Origin: Pocillopora damicornis
Taxonomy: Eukaryota
NCBI RefSeq assembly: GCF_003704095.1
Contig: NW_020845694.1
Location: forward strand, 310,001-374,000
Length of the DNA: 64,000 bases
Direction: 5' to 3'
Shown: piece by piece, positions 1 to 14,300 of the stretch
How the letters are laid out: each line of letters opens with the position of its first letter
How positions within the stretch are numbered: the stretch's first letter is position 1
The notes under the pieces: model-generated
Told to the model about the DNA's origin: nothing
Database searches by the model: none
What the model saw: only the letters and a program-made list of their open reading frames with translations
Program-made: the position numbers and the translations under genes

Positions 1-316
1 ATAACAATGTATCAAAATTAAAATCTCTACCTGAACTTGTTTTGACATGTGAATATCAATTTAGTAAGCTTAAACATTAACTGATATTTTAGCATCGTTT
101 CCTGGAGGCAAGGAAAGCAAGAAAACCTACGAAATACCTCGCAAAGTTGTTTATTTTACAGTGGACATTTTATGGCCTGAGAATCCTTGCAAGATAATTT
201 AGCAAGGAACATAGACAGACAGAACAGTTTCTCCTTTCATAATGGCTTAGAGCACGCTTAGAGAGCTGGTGACTGTCCTATTAAGTTATGCTTAACACAA
301 CAGTTGTTTTGCTCAC

Positions 317-3300
317 CTCTTCGACGGCTGCCTGGTGTCTCTGTTGAGCCACTTGCAAGTCTGCCTTCAACTGCTCCAAGTATCCTTCTAGCTCTCCGAT
401 CTTTAGAGAAGAAAAAAGTGTATAGAAAGATATTAAGTGAGAGTTAAAAGTTTTCCAAAACTCAAAGGAAGCTTCTCATAAACGTGGCAAAACCAAGACA
501 GTAATGGCTTGCGATGCAGCAAAGCGCTCTTAGATTACGAATCGCAAAATCAGAACCATTGCAGTCACAAAGGCCAACCCGAACAAATTGAGAACTCTAA
601 ATAAAAACAAGTTAACCGTCTCTAACGCGGGGAAACACGTATGACCATGACGCGATTGGTTTTACCTTTGGATCTGATTGGTTGAGAGCTTAATGCCAGC
701 TTTCTACATGCACCAATTACAGAATGCAATGATGGAAAGACACTGCAGTACCGGATTACTTTTGACATTCAGTTGAAATTTGGTTTATGAAGAACGCTAA
801 CTTATCGTGGGAACAACAGTAGGTCTCAAGATTGCACGAAAAATAGATCTCAGATAGGAATAAATGAAAGAACTCAAAGTTCCTCTGACAGCCTAAAATC
901 ATGGGAGAAGAGTTAAATTTTAACCGCCAATTTAAGTCTACACGTAGCTCCAGACATATACATTATATAGACAAACAAAATGACGTTAAAAAAATACCTG
1001 TCTGTTTTGTACTTCTTGTTGATCATTGGTGCTCTTCAACTCCAATTGCAATCTACGATTTGATTTCTCTAGTCTGACAACCTATATTAAAAAGACAAAT
1101 ATTAATGCACTATCTCGTCATCAATCTGTTTCAGTTCTGTCCATTCAGGCATCAACAATTTCGCAATAAGTCAATTGGTGGTTCCTGACCTCCGACACTC
1201 GGGCACTCAGCTGGTCCTGGGTAGAAGACAAACTCTGCTCCACCAGACCCAGTCTCTCTTCACAACGAGCAAACTGAGGGGAAAATAACAGATGACACTA
1301 AAGACATACAAAAAAACCCCCAAAGAATTGCTAAGTTCTTGCTCCTTCTTTATAGACTTGGTTCAGAAAAAGGTAATCAGAAAATATTCGCAAGGAATTT
1401 TCTACAGTAGGTAATCTAACGTAAGAACAAAAACAGTAAGGTTGGTATTCCTATGTAACCATCAGTTTGAAACCAAAGCTGTACTAACTTCTTGTGCAGC
1501 ATCTCGATGCTTTTGGCGAGTGTTTGATAAGTCTTCTTCCAACTGAATAACTCTAGCACGCTGCTTAGAGCCCTTTGAATAAGATAAAAACAAGCATACA
1601 ATAAGACGAATATTCTAGATCATTCGTTCTGTGGGGTCAGGAAAATTTAGGACCAGATATCATTTTGGTACAAACCTCTTCTTCTAAATGGTTACAGTTC
1701 GTCTGAAAGATGTTAATCTGGTCGTTCATCTCAGCTGCTGCCTGTTCCAAACTGAATATCTAGCGGGGAAGAAAGGGAAAAAAGAGAAAAACTGAATTAG
1801 GGTTTGAAGATAGAAAATATGCAAATAGGGAGAGCGTTTTTTCCGTAGGATGCAAAGAAAACCAAACATGTGTCATCGTTACTCCCAAGTCTGAGGTTCG
1901 GTTCCCTATACATATGGGAACTCAATTTTGTTTCTCTGTTCCTCGCTTGTAACGAGACGAAGAAAACATCCCACTTTATACGCAATCATCGTTTGGCTAC
2001 CTCATTTTCCTTCTCACGTAGTTCCTGGTCACGTGTTGATAACGTGGTCTGAGTGGCCGTTAGCTTGCCGTTCAACTGAGCGACCTAGAGACGAGACAAA
2101 GAGAAAGGAATCATTCATTCTTGTCCAAAACTAGCTGAACAAAGTTGATGTTCCAGCCTTCCAACAGAAGTGAAAATCAACACATCTCACCTCCTCAGCA
2201 TAGCTTTTCACTGTTTCTTGAAGGTTGGATAGGTCTCCCTCTAGTCGCCTTACAATTTCATCCTTTTTCGCCGTCTTCACAGAAAACATAAAACAATTGA
2301 TTCAGGCTAAGTTGCTCGATGTGAAATTAAGAGATAAATCGCGCAGGTTCATTTTACTTAAGCTATTTCCAAAATTTGAGCAAACTTTACCGTTATTGAG
2401 GAGTGTAGGGAATAGTTTCCAAATCATATTCATCTATTAGTGGCGATAAAATCGATAAAGCTTTTTACAGAAAGAGGACTTGCTGATGAGAAGTGTAATG
2501 TGGAGAAGCCTCCAGACGCACCGAAACACCAAAGGCTGGTGACTGAGGCTAAAGTGGAATATTTATACTTTCTTTGACTAAGGATCTCGCTAAGACTTGT
2601 GAGATGTTTCCACCAAAAATTCGAAGAAAAACTTGACAAGAAAAAAAAACTTGCTGGTTCAAACTAAAAGCCTTTGGTTGAACCATTGCAACAGTTGTGT
2701 TCGTACCTCGTTTCTGCTCTTTTGTTTCAAGTTGGTGACCTCCTTCTGTAGCTGTTGACTGAGCTGCTCACTGCGCGTTACCTGTAAATAAGGAATAATA
2801 AATGAAGCTACGATTCGTTTTTGTCTCACCAGGAGGTAATCTTTTTAACAAAAAAAAATTAAAGGTACTCGTTCCATATAATTTCTGTCAACTTTGAAAC
2901 GTTAAAAGGTATCTTTTACGAGCAGCAAATACTGCAAATTAACGGTCACCTAAAAGTCAAATTTTGAGACGAAACCGTTGATACCGTAGACTGTCTCAGT
3001 TTCTGAAGCGAATCCGACTTTTGCTATGGCAGGTTCTTAGTGGGTGGAAACGGTCAAGAAATTGGGCGCGCGGAAAACGGCAGGAGCCGTTTTCCTGACA
3101 ACGAGAACGACCGTTTGACACACGGCCTCACTTTCATTTCTCTCTAATACTCGAGAGCCTGGAAAAAGCTAATGTCAGCCCCAGTCCATCACTTTCATTC
3201 CTCTCTAGTACCTAAGAGCCTGGAAAAAGCTAATATCAGCCCCAGTCCATCACTTTCATTCCTCTGTAATACCTGAGAGCCTGGAAAAAGCTAATATTAG

Positions 3301-6300
3301 CCCCAGTCCATCGATGATTACCTCGGCGTTCATCGAGCATCCTATTGCACTTACGGAGATAAGTAAAATAAACAATTCGTTACCTGTATTGACGCTTGCC
3401 TTCTGTCCTCCTTGACTCTGCCTAACTCATCCTCTACTTCTAGCATTTTCTCTTCATAGTATGTAACCTTGAAGGATCAAACGCAAACAGATAGGTAAGA
3501 GTTTAATGAACGAAGCAGAAATATGTGACAAACTGTTCGCACCATCAGGGCTCTATTTGTGGAGTCACTGTTTCTTCTGCGTAGCGTTCTCAAAAGACCG
3601 AAAAGCACTTGTTACAGCAAGTATGGAGGATTTCCATTAGCAAACTCCTTGGAAAATGCGACGCAATTTGTGTCTAATGGCGTTAAAGTTCTACTACTTA
3701 ATGAATCAATTGCAAAGCGCATGCAAGTGCGCAGAACTGGAAAAATACTTTGTTCTATTTTAACGCAGTAGGAGAGTCGCGTTTATGCCGTTAAGATATG
3801 GGAGATGGTGACACTGTGAAAACTTTGTCAAATCAATCTTGGAAAAGCTATTGAAATGAGTGCACCTTTGGGTCTTTTTTTGATCTAAAGGTAATGCAAA
3901 TGAGGGGCATTTGAGAACAAACCAATAAGATGTGAGGTGGAGGTTTTTCCTATTTTTCTCCTTCGTTTACATTTGAATAAAGTTCACACCTGTTGAACTC
4001 GCTGAGCGTGTTGTTCCTTCTCGGCCAGAATCGCGTTTTGCAGACTTCGAATCTTTTCTTCCTTCAGGGTAATCTGTAACACCAATAAGGAAAATTTGCT
4101 TTTACAAAACGAATCTTAAGATCTCAAGGGATCGAAAGAGATCTACACCAATCCCTGACTGACTTTACCTCTTCCAGCGATTTTTCGTACTTTTCTTTTG
4201 AAGCATTCAAATCTTCTTGCAGATGCCTCGATCTTTCCTCTTGGATAGAGCCCTGAATAATCAAATAAACATCCATTGTGGTTAATTCAAATTTAGTATT
4301 GCATTTTAGGATGTCATCCTCTAATTGATTTGGAATAATGTACACTGACGTAAAGTCTTTGCGAAGAGCCATGAGGATGATTATGACACTAAAGGAGTTT
4401 TGTATCACGCTTTCGCCGCTCGTTTCCCATTGTGACTTTACGCGACAAAGACAACCAGCTGAGCGGAATTAATGTGTAAGGGTGGAGGCTTCTTCTCACC
4501 GCACACGACCCTTTAAATCGATGAGATTCAACAAAAATCATTTTTATGGGTAAATAGTCTCGCACCTTTCTTAACTTTAAAATTTTAGCGGGACTTTAAG
4601 ACATTCGCTTTTGGGTGATGTTCTGCGTAATGTTCTGTTTACCGCGTTGACACAATTAATTGACAATACAAGCTTCTGTACTAGGTTTTGCGTAAAATAA
4701 GTTGAAAACAGCTTTCGAGATGCTTCGAAGAGTATCAAGATACTACAGGTAGGTCGAAAAACTATTTTTTTTCCTTTTTACGCAGTAATTTTTGGGATGC
4801 TTTACTAATTCAAAATCATCCTTACCTCTTTCTGTTTGTCGCCGAGTTTTTGCTTCAAATTGTGAATTGTCTCTTCACAATGGGAAACCTGGAGTGCAGA
4901 GAATTAAGTGTTAGTTTCCAACAAAAACTTTAAAACAATTACTTATTATAACTTTCATTCTGAAGTCCAACAGCTGATTATTACTACTCAACAGAGTAGT
5001 TCGAGCCATTACAGACAATCTTCCACCGCATTTTGTCCTTCCTAACTCACCAGAATTTTCTTGTCTCGCAAGCGCAAAAATGAAGGAACCTGCCTGTCTC
5101 GATTTATCATGTGCAATTTTTCTCGATATTAAGCGTGAAAAGAAAAGTTTAGTTTTGATATAACTTTTCAATGTCTCTTTCTGTTTGACGAGGAAGAGGA
5201 ATGACAAAGAAAATAAAAAAGAGTAAACAAAAATCCTCTTTCGTCGATTGATTGAAATCTGTATAAATTAAGCCTATTGTTGCATAGCAGAGTTGTGATG
5301 GCTATAGGAGCCTTACAAACGAAAATATTAAGAGCTATTTAAAACATAAAAAACTTAAAACTTAAATTTTCCAGTTCGTGCCTGAACACTCAAAAATACC
5401 TGGCTTTTTAATCTGAGGCAGGCGTCTTTTGCCAGATGTAATTCCCTATCAAGCTCTTCCATTGCGTTGTTCTGCTTTTGAGTCTACAAAAAAAATTAAA
5501 GAAAAAAATTTTTTTAAATAACCATTAACAAAAGAGACGAAGTATCTCTCTTTACATGCGAGATTTGAGCAGGTTTCTTTTTAAACTACATATAACTACT
5601 CTATTACAAAGAAAACAGAGTAATAAACAAAATTTTTTCAATAAAAAGAAAGCAATCCGTAAAATGTTTGTCTAAATTATACCTATCAATTTACTTGAGT
5701 TTTTAACGGAGATTTGGCCTCGTGAGGAAAACCGGCAAAGTTTATAAGGATCTCGCTCTTGTATAATAAAACTACACAACACACCGATCAACTTGTACAT
5801 TTGCTATAAGCAACAGGTGATAAATTAAATTGTCGATAAAATCAAACAAAAACATCACCATGTAAATGTGATCAATTAAACCGAATAAAACAATGGCTTA
5901 AAAGCATTTCACTGACAAAGGATTACTCAAAACAAACCAAACATCTTGATTTCAGAACATTACACATAAATCTTTAATTTCTGTTTGACTCGAGGCGACA
6001 TTAGGGTTCAAAATTATTTTCTTGTTTGACACGCGGCTTGTAGTTTACAATATCTTTAATCTTTCTATGCAAGGCCGCTCTTCCGGATTAAAGCAAAATC
6101 AACTTTATGGCTGAGTTGAAAAAAAAGAAAAATTAACACAACCAAAAGCGTTCGTAGAAGAAAGGTGAACTGATCGAGGACTCAGTATGCAGGGGAAAAA
6201 TTAAAATCTCTTCTTTGAAAAAAAAAAAGTGTTAAATCTTCACGCGGTTTTCCTTCGTTTATTTCTTTTCATCCCTTTTTGTTTTGGTTTCAAATTCTCT

Positions 6301-8305
6301 CTGTCTACGAGACTGACATAATGTAAAAAAAGTTTCTCTAAATTATCAGTGCATCCGTAGAATGTCTCGTTTCGGTTACAAAGTCAACTTCAAATGCAAA
6401 TACTTAATTCAAATGGCTTAACCAGATTTGGTATCCCATCACCTTTTCCGTTTCACTCGCATAATTCTGTCTCAGCACTGTCAGCTCTTGAGACTGCTGG
6501 TTTATTTCTTCTTCGCACTTCACCGCCTTGGAGAAGAAAATAAAATGTTTAGCAGTAAGTTTGAAAGAGGAGTGTTGCCTGTCCAGTTTGTTGGCTTAAC
6601 AAAAGTTTTTAGCAAAGCTAAGGAAAATTGCGTTTTAAAAGAAAGTTTTCCTTTCATTAGCATGTAGCAAGGTTATTAAACTTATTATATGCAGAACATC
6701 ATGGGAGCCGTCGATTATGGAAGGATGTATCGTCAGACTCTCTAAGTAAACATCAAAAGATATGGGTGGAAATTAGAAAGTGATAAGGAAAGGAAGGCTT
6801 GATGCTTGAAAAATCAAGTAACAGTATGAAATCCAACAATTCACCTGCTCTTGCGCCTCTTTCAAACTTTTCTCTAAGTTCTTGATCATAGCCTCACATC
6901 GATTGACCTACAAGCAAATGTGACAGACTGAATCAACCCTTTACTCTAAGGAGTGATCCGCACTTAAAAATTCTAACAATTTTAACACTCCGTCGGCCAT
7001 ACCAACAACTGAAGAGAAGAAAATTCGTAGTTAAAGAAATTGTTTTAACACCACGTTCTCAGAACCAGATAACGAATATATGTACCGCAATCAGGAGGGC
7101 GAATTATCCTTCAGATTTGAGAATTTAAAAAGGGTTGGTTAGACAGAAAATAAAAGGCAAAAATAATGCATTACCCAAACACACATTAAAGACATTACCT
7201 GAGTAACACTTTGATTAAACTGGCTTTTATAATAGTTGACGTTTTTCTGTAGTTGATGGCTGTGCGATTCCAGTTCCTTGAGCTTTTCTTTCAGATTTGA
7301 GGCCTAAAATATGAACACGAAGGTTTAACGGTTTGAAATTACAATAAACATTGATGATAAATATCTTGGAATATTTATATTGAACTGCCGAGCAGAATCA
7401 CGGTAATTCATTCACTTGCCTGGTTTCTTGTTTCTGTCATATCTTTTTCTTGACTACGGACAGTTTGCTCTAAACGATTAATCTGCCAGGATAGAATAAA
7501 TTTTCATGGGGTGAAATGTTCAGAAAATCCAAATAAACGTATGATAAATAATATATAAATGAAATAGTAAGCAAATAAATTTTTGTCGTTGGACGAAAAG
7601 ATCAAGACAAACCGGCAGTCTAACAAGAAGTCAGACAGACAAACAGACAGACAGGCAGACAGACAGATAGACAGACAGACAAACAGACAGGCAGACAGCT
7701 AAGGGTGGACAAGGAGGTGAGCATATATATATTTACAGTATGCAAAAACGACGGACTCGATTAGTATTCTTGTTTAGTATATACCACACAGGTGAATGGT
7801 GCTTTTCGAGCGTTGATTGGCCAGTTCGGAAGTGAATAGCAAGTACTATTCACCTCCGAGCGGCCGATGAGACAAAACCCCCGCGCGTCAAGAGTTTTAG
7901 TTTTCGACTACTTTTCGGTATATTGAAAGAAATAAACTAATTTTTTGTATCTATGTAGTATATACTAACACAATTATTCACCTCACTGTTGTTGAAAGTG
8001 ATGGATATTCACCTCGCCGCCTGAATAATTTTTAAGTAGATTTGCCCGACCAGCCTCGTCAGTATGACTTAGGAACAATTAAACCTTAACTCAAAGATGA
8101 GGCTCGTTAGGCCAATCTACATGAGTACAAAAGAATACCAATCGGGCCTGCCATTTATGCACACTGTCTATAGAAGCAGATGCGAGTAAACGGGAAAAGG
8201 TAGACAAAGAGATAAGTAGGTCTATATAAGGATGTACAGACCGGTATAAAGCCACGAGGAAGCTAGCCAGCCAGCGAACCATAAAGACAGACAGACAGAC
8301 AGACT

Positions 8306-8355
<50 letters not shown>

Positions 8356-11300
8356 AAGATGAACAGACTGTAAGTCTTGTCTTACCTCTTCAAGTGCTTC
8401 CTCGTTCAGTTTTAGGTTGTGTTGCAGCTCACGGGTCAGTTTATTATTTTTCTCGCGTTCTTCTTGGAGCTAAAACAATATCAGTATAACATTAACACGT
8501 TATAAAACAATACCATTTTTAATCCATCGCATTACTACTTGCAGAAATGCAATTCCCTATGGTTAATCAGAGAGACTTTTCAGTTCATTTTGAAACTCAA
8601 TTTTGGTGGCTCTGCGATACTCTGCCGGGCGGTTATATAAAGACATCCCCCCTAAGAAGTCAAGACTAATGATTCTTTTGCTTAGGACATGGGCTTTTTC
8701 TTGAGATATCCCTCGACTTCATTAACTTCATGGATAATTCGCTGACCTCCATTTCAAAGGGCATTCCCGATGCACTTTCTGAAAGATTCGGCACCTCAAG
8801 AACAAAGCGAGCTCATAACTGGTCAACCCATGGTCCGACGCGATCAGTCTGTCGCCAACGTTCAGGTCTCGAGCTAGACCTATCATAAGTATCTTTCTAG
8901 TCGAAGTAGTTTGATTGTCGTAGAGACTCACCTGGTTAGCGGTATCATTTTCTTTCTGCATTACTTCAGTAAGGTTAGCCCCCAGTGTTTCAATCTCTGC
9001 ATTAAGCCGTTTAATCTGTAATCAAATATAATGGATGCTTCAATCACTTTTGCAACCTGAAGCCATTCAAAAACGGACGTGAGAGAAAAAGGCGTAAATG
9101 GGGAACCCAGTGTCTGGCTCGACCTCTCTAAAAGGGACCGACACCCGGTTCTCGTGAAGCATAAAGGAAGATTACCTCCGATGAATGTCCTGCCTCTGTG
9201 TCTGTCATGGTTCCTTCTAAATGCTCAACAGTCTGCATAAGTTGTTGGACCTGATAACAAAGTTGATTTGAAAAGATAAGAAATGTTAATAGAATAAGAA
9301 AGATTGTAAGAGAGATTTTAAGTAAGAAAAAATTCCGAGTCCCCATGAGACACGTGTCATATATGAACTTCGTAATGGCCTCGCTCACCATGGAGTCCCT
9401 GTGGCTAAGCGGTAGAGCATCCGAGCGCGAAATTTTGATTCCTCGTGGGGACTCAGAATTTTTTTCTTTGTCCCGCTCTCGTGACAAGACGAAATACATC
9501 TCTCTTTAAGATAAATGTTATTTCTAATGTTAACCACTGTTCACTATTCTACAAGTATCATCGTAAACAAAACCAGATGACGTCTCCTAAAAAAGTAAAG
9601 CTTAATGCGCTAAACTAACCTCGTGCATCAGTCGTACTTTGTCTGTCTTCAATTGTTGTATTTCCTTATCATCACATGCGATCTGCGAAGAAACAAAATG
9701 GTTTTATACGATCGAAATCCCCAAAAGAACAATCTTATCAAGGGATGGCTTTCTCATTCACGCGTAATCGGTGAGGTTCGGTTGGAATCATTGTTGAGGA
9801 TTTACGCTTGTGACTAGTGTCTACATGTTTCCTTTTGTGTCCGCACCTTGTTCTCGTCACTTTCACGTTGCGTTTTGAGCGACTCGACCTCTACTTCCAG
9901 TTTGTTGAGTTTTCCTCTCAAGTCTTTTACTTCTCGTTCTCTCTCTGACAACTCACTGCTACAAGTCTCGTATTCCTGCTGAGTGGCGTCCAGTTCAGAC
10001 TGCAGGCTCAGGATTGTCTCATCGCGTTTCGCCACCTACAGGATGAATCCAATTTACAAGTTAGTAGTTGTGTTTATGTCACATTAAAACTGTGATATAT
10101 GAACGGATTGTATTGCTGTTGAATAAATCCGAGGTTCCATGGATACAAATATCCATCGCTTTGGACGAAAATGGGAAGGAGCTTATCAGAAATTGTTATA
10201 AAAGCAAGCGAACTACTTGAATCGCGAGAAAATACAGGCTATAGTGACCAATGGCGTTTGGTTTTCGTATTGGACTTGAGTGGATGGAGAGAAGCGAGTT
10301 TTCTAAACCAATCACAGAACAAAGAAGAGAAAAACTAATGAAATCTCAGACTGTTTTGCACCCAAAAACATAGAAACTAGAATCGGAGCCTCAACTTAGC
10401 ATACATTTCGCTCACTGAAGCTGTTTGATACATCTATCAATTCAACTGTTCCTTTAGATTATTGAATCACAGAAATTATCCATAAAAGGCTCATTTGCTT
10501 ATTTTTTTACCTCCTGTGTACATGTGCGGTGTTTTTCCTGTGACATGGCAAGCTCCATTTCCATTTTGCGAATAGTTTCTTCCGATTCTGCCACCTGAGG
10601 AGAGAAAAAAAACCTTAATGACTTCCAACAGTTTTGCATATTATGGAGGTGGGAGGGGAAAAAACACCACCTAAAAAGCCTACTTTTCGTGCACCTCGCT
10701 CCCACAATTCCGCGCGCTGACACCAATTTCTCTTCAGAATTTTTTTACTCGCGAACAGACTTCGCCGATAAGGAGAGACTGCTCAAAGTATACATTCCAG
10801 GAGTTCGGGCCCACGGAGCCAACGAGTTATTTGGCTCTCCAGATTCCAGATGTAACCAGTATGTAAGGTTTTGAAGAAAGAAACTTGTCAGGGAAACTAT
10901 GAGTATATTTTAGCGAGAAAACTTTTCAAGGATGACTTGCGGTGTAAACGCGGCTTATATAAGAGGTTACACCAAATTGTTTGCACTGGATACCTCATCA
11001 TTCGACCTTGACACATCTTCTTGTAGTGACGTTATCTCATCACGTAATTTTGCCATGAGTTCCTCTTGCCGAACAAGCTACAAAAGAGAAATATAAAATC
11101 GTTAGTGTTTTTTTCTCACCGTAAAAAAGAAGATAGTTTATAAAATATAAAACGAATATTTTCTTTTTCAAAATTTCGAGCAGGACTGCATGGGTTAAAA
11201 AAGGCTCTGTGTTTGAAAACTACATATTGATACTGAAGACACGCGAGTTGAAAATTCAAAAGAACTATATATAAAATTACAACACGTTATGCATACACTA

Positions 11301-14300
11301 TGCATAATCATCACAATTTTGAATATTGTAACAATCAATATTTTATTAGAAATTGGTCTGCATAGAGTGAATTAAAACGCAAATATAAGTATGTAAAGAG
11401 CTCGAGATCAACAGCGATATATATAAATATACAACATTTCGAGCGGCGCTTGGAATTCTCATCCACAGTTTCATGCCGTTTGAAACAAGGGAAGACAGCG
11501 ATTTCGCCAGCTTGTTGTAACACAAGCTAAAGCGACTGAACTCCAAATGTTCGCTATATCGCAGCTTATTATAATAAAAATTTTCTGGAAGAAGAGAATC
11601 TTCAACTACAACGGGTTATAAATAGGGTTTCTAAAGAAAACTGAATTGTTTTGATGTATAGTTAATCGTGTTTGATATCTTCCACCAATAAGTTAACTAT
11701 AAACAGTTTAGGAGTAAAGAACATAGAAGATACTCAAGGCTGTCAGAGTAGATCTATTTACGGCTCCAATCGTAATTCTCAATTTTCATTCTTATAGTTA
11801 CTCTATAAATGCAATTCCGGTTCGCTTCTACTGTACAAATACTTTTCTGTTAAAATGCAAACACGAATAAAACATTATGCAATTTGTTGTCGACAACTGT
11901 GCATTGAATGGTTATAAATAGTTCCGGGTTTACAATTTGCTGATATTTTGGCAGCTGTTAATGATTTGCATCGAGCATATTTTAACAAAAGGAAATTAAA
12001 GACATTTATAAATCATGCTTAGTGTCATGGGCTCTCAAAACGATTTTGAATCGATATTTGCTTATGAAAATTAGCCCTTGATTAGGACATCGAGCCGTTT
12101 ATCATCTGTGAGCATCGTTTTTTTTTGTATTTATATACGTTTTAGAGATGCTGCAGCTGTCGATCTGTTGATAAATAATAGTAGGAGAGTCCTTCGATTC
12201 ACGGCGATATATGGTAAACAAATTGTTTAAAGGGAGCAACACGAAAAACATTTCATGTCCGATATACTAATCGCTCAAAAGGGCAATTACTTGAGCTAAC
12301 GAAGGCAAAAAAATGGTTATGTAACCTTACCAAAGCAAGATGATTTCTTCGAAGCGTGTTCATTGTAGCTATTTGTCGCTTTAACTCTTCGCTTTGTTTC
12401 ACCGACGATAAGCTTCTGTAGTTCAGTGCTAGCTGATTGTTACGTCACGCTTTTCATCATTGCACGTCTAATCCGATTTAGATTCCGCGCGCGCTTTGAC
12501 TGAAACACAAGCGAAATAATTTCCTCTACTGTTTCTCTCAGTTAGTACGTGCGCTATGACTGGTCAATCTGGCCGGCCGAATTTTCACGTTGCGGCCCGC
12601 TAAGTTCAAAAGTTTGTTTCAGTTAAAAACTTCCCCCCAACTTGAACCCAGGGACATCTGAAATATCTCAATAACCTCGTTTTCTCGGTCCACTCTGTAA
12701 GTTACGAAACCTCGTTTTTTCCGCTGCGCGCTTAGACCACAATATCCGAGAGGAAAAACCGTGGTCCGTAGCTTATAGTACGAAACAATACAAAACGAGG
12801 TTAGTAAGGGATATGTATAAGTAAAATATGATTAAATAGCAGTGCAAATGTCACACCTCGTCGTAACATTCGGTATACTGTTGCTGTGTTTCGGCGAACT
12901 CCTCTTCAAGCTGCTTAATTCTTTTATCTCTTCTGGCCACCTATGAACACAACGATCACGTGAGAACATAGGGTAAGAGTTATTGATTTCGTAAACAAAA
13001 CAAAGGCTTGTGACGAGTTGCGTGAGGTACTAGATTCATTTTGGCTAATTACACCTTCCTGGAGAGAAAAGAGAAAAAGATTCTATCGGCTCAAAGGTAA
13101 CAAGAGTAGTTCAGATTGGAAAGTTTTGAAGCAGATTAGAACAATTTATAATTGAGTGCTGAGCGGTAATCTTGGATTTCTATATTTTTGCTTTGATACC
13201 CATATGGTTTTTTCGAGAAAACTCGCGCCTCACAACACAAGAATAAAACTTAAACCATTCACGGTCATTTGCCCTTTTCCGCACTTGTGGTCGCTTAGTT
13301 GGATGTAATCAGAGTTGTTATCGGCTCCTTGCCGTGTGAACCTTATGTATGTTTGGTAATTGTGATTACGGCGGTTTTTAGTTTTGTCACTCAGTCGAAA
13401 TACTCTCTACAATAGAGCGGGACACACCAGGCAATTAGTCGCCGTTACATTTCGGTTTCTGTGACATGAGAGTTTTGGTGACAATCCTACTTTGTCCAAG
13501 CGACGTAATACTGTCTCGCAAAGAGTAGTACAAATTCAGACTGGTTTGATTAAGCGTTTCCTATGCCAGGATCTTACTAAGTGGAGACGGGCTAAAAGGT
13601 GGGCGCGCATGCAAAAATATGGCCAGCAAAGGAGTGCGAGGCAGTTGCCCGCAACTGAGCAGTCACACGTTTGTGTACGTGCGTAAGTTGTAATGGTCAG
13701 GGGAGGTCTTTTGAAGCGGTCAAAACCAATACGTCTCCCAGTAGTTCTGAACAGCCAATCAAGTAAGTGAGTCAGGGCGTTTTAAAGTAATTCCACCTTT
13801 TTTGATAAAGACTTGCGTTCGAAAAGTCTCCAGCAATTATTTTCTTATACATATTTCGAAGAAAATCCCAATTTTTTAGCAGGTCTTACGAGACGGCAGT
13901 TTTTTCTTATCAAGATTCTTTTAAAATTTTGTTCGGGACAATGGCGTGCATCCGCAAAAAAACTGACCGTATTACGCATGCCTAACTTTTGACCGCTGTT
14001 TTGTTTAGCGTTCGCTTTTGCGTTCGTCCCCTCTGACTGAGAGCTTGGATAAGGCCACAACAAGCGGTTTGTCGCACAAACTTGTAAAAATGAATTGGTG
14101 TTTGCGGTATCTCGGCTCCTTATTTGAAAAACCATGTTGCTTTGGTCTGATCTAAGCAGCTACTGCATCGTTTGTTATCGTCGTATGTCTGGTTAGGTGC
14201 GGAGAATCGAGTAATCCATCAAGCTGTGCAGTCAAGGCGAATAGACTGTTTCAGTTACTCTTCCCTTCCGTCGTTTCTCTAAAGCGCTTCTCAGACGGAC

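Noticed and set aside
5683-6304. Additional exons in the 5484-6442 intron
   Set aside because: Candidate AG/GT pairs hit stops in phase 0 and lack heptad character.
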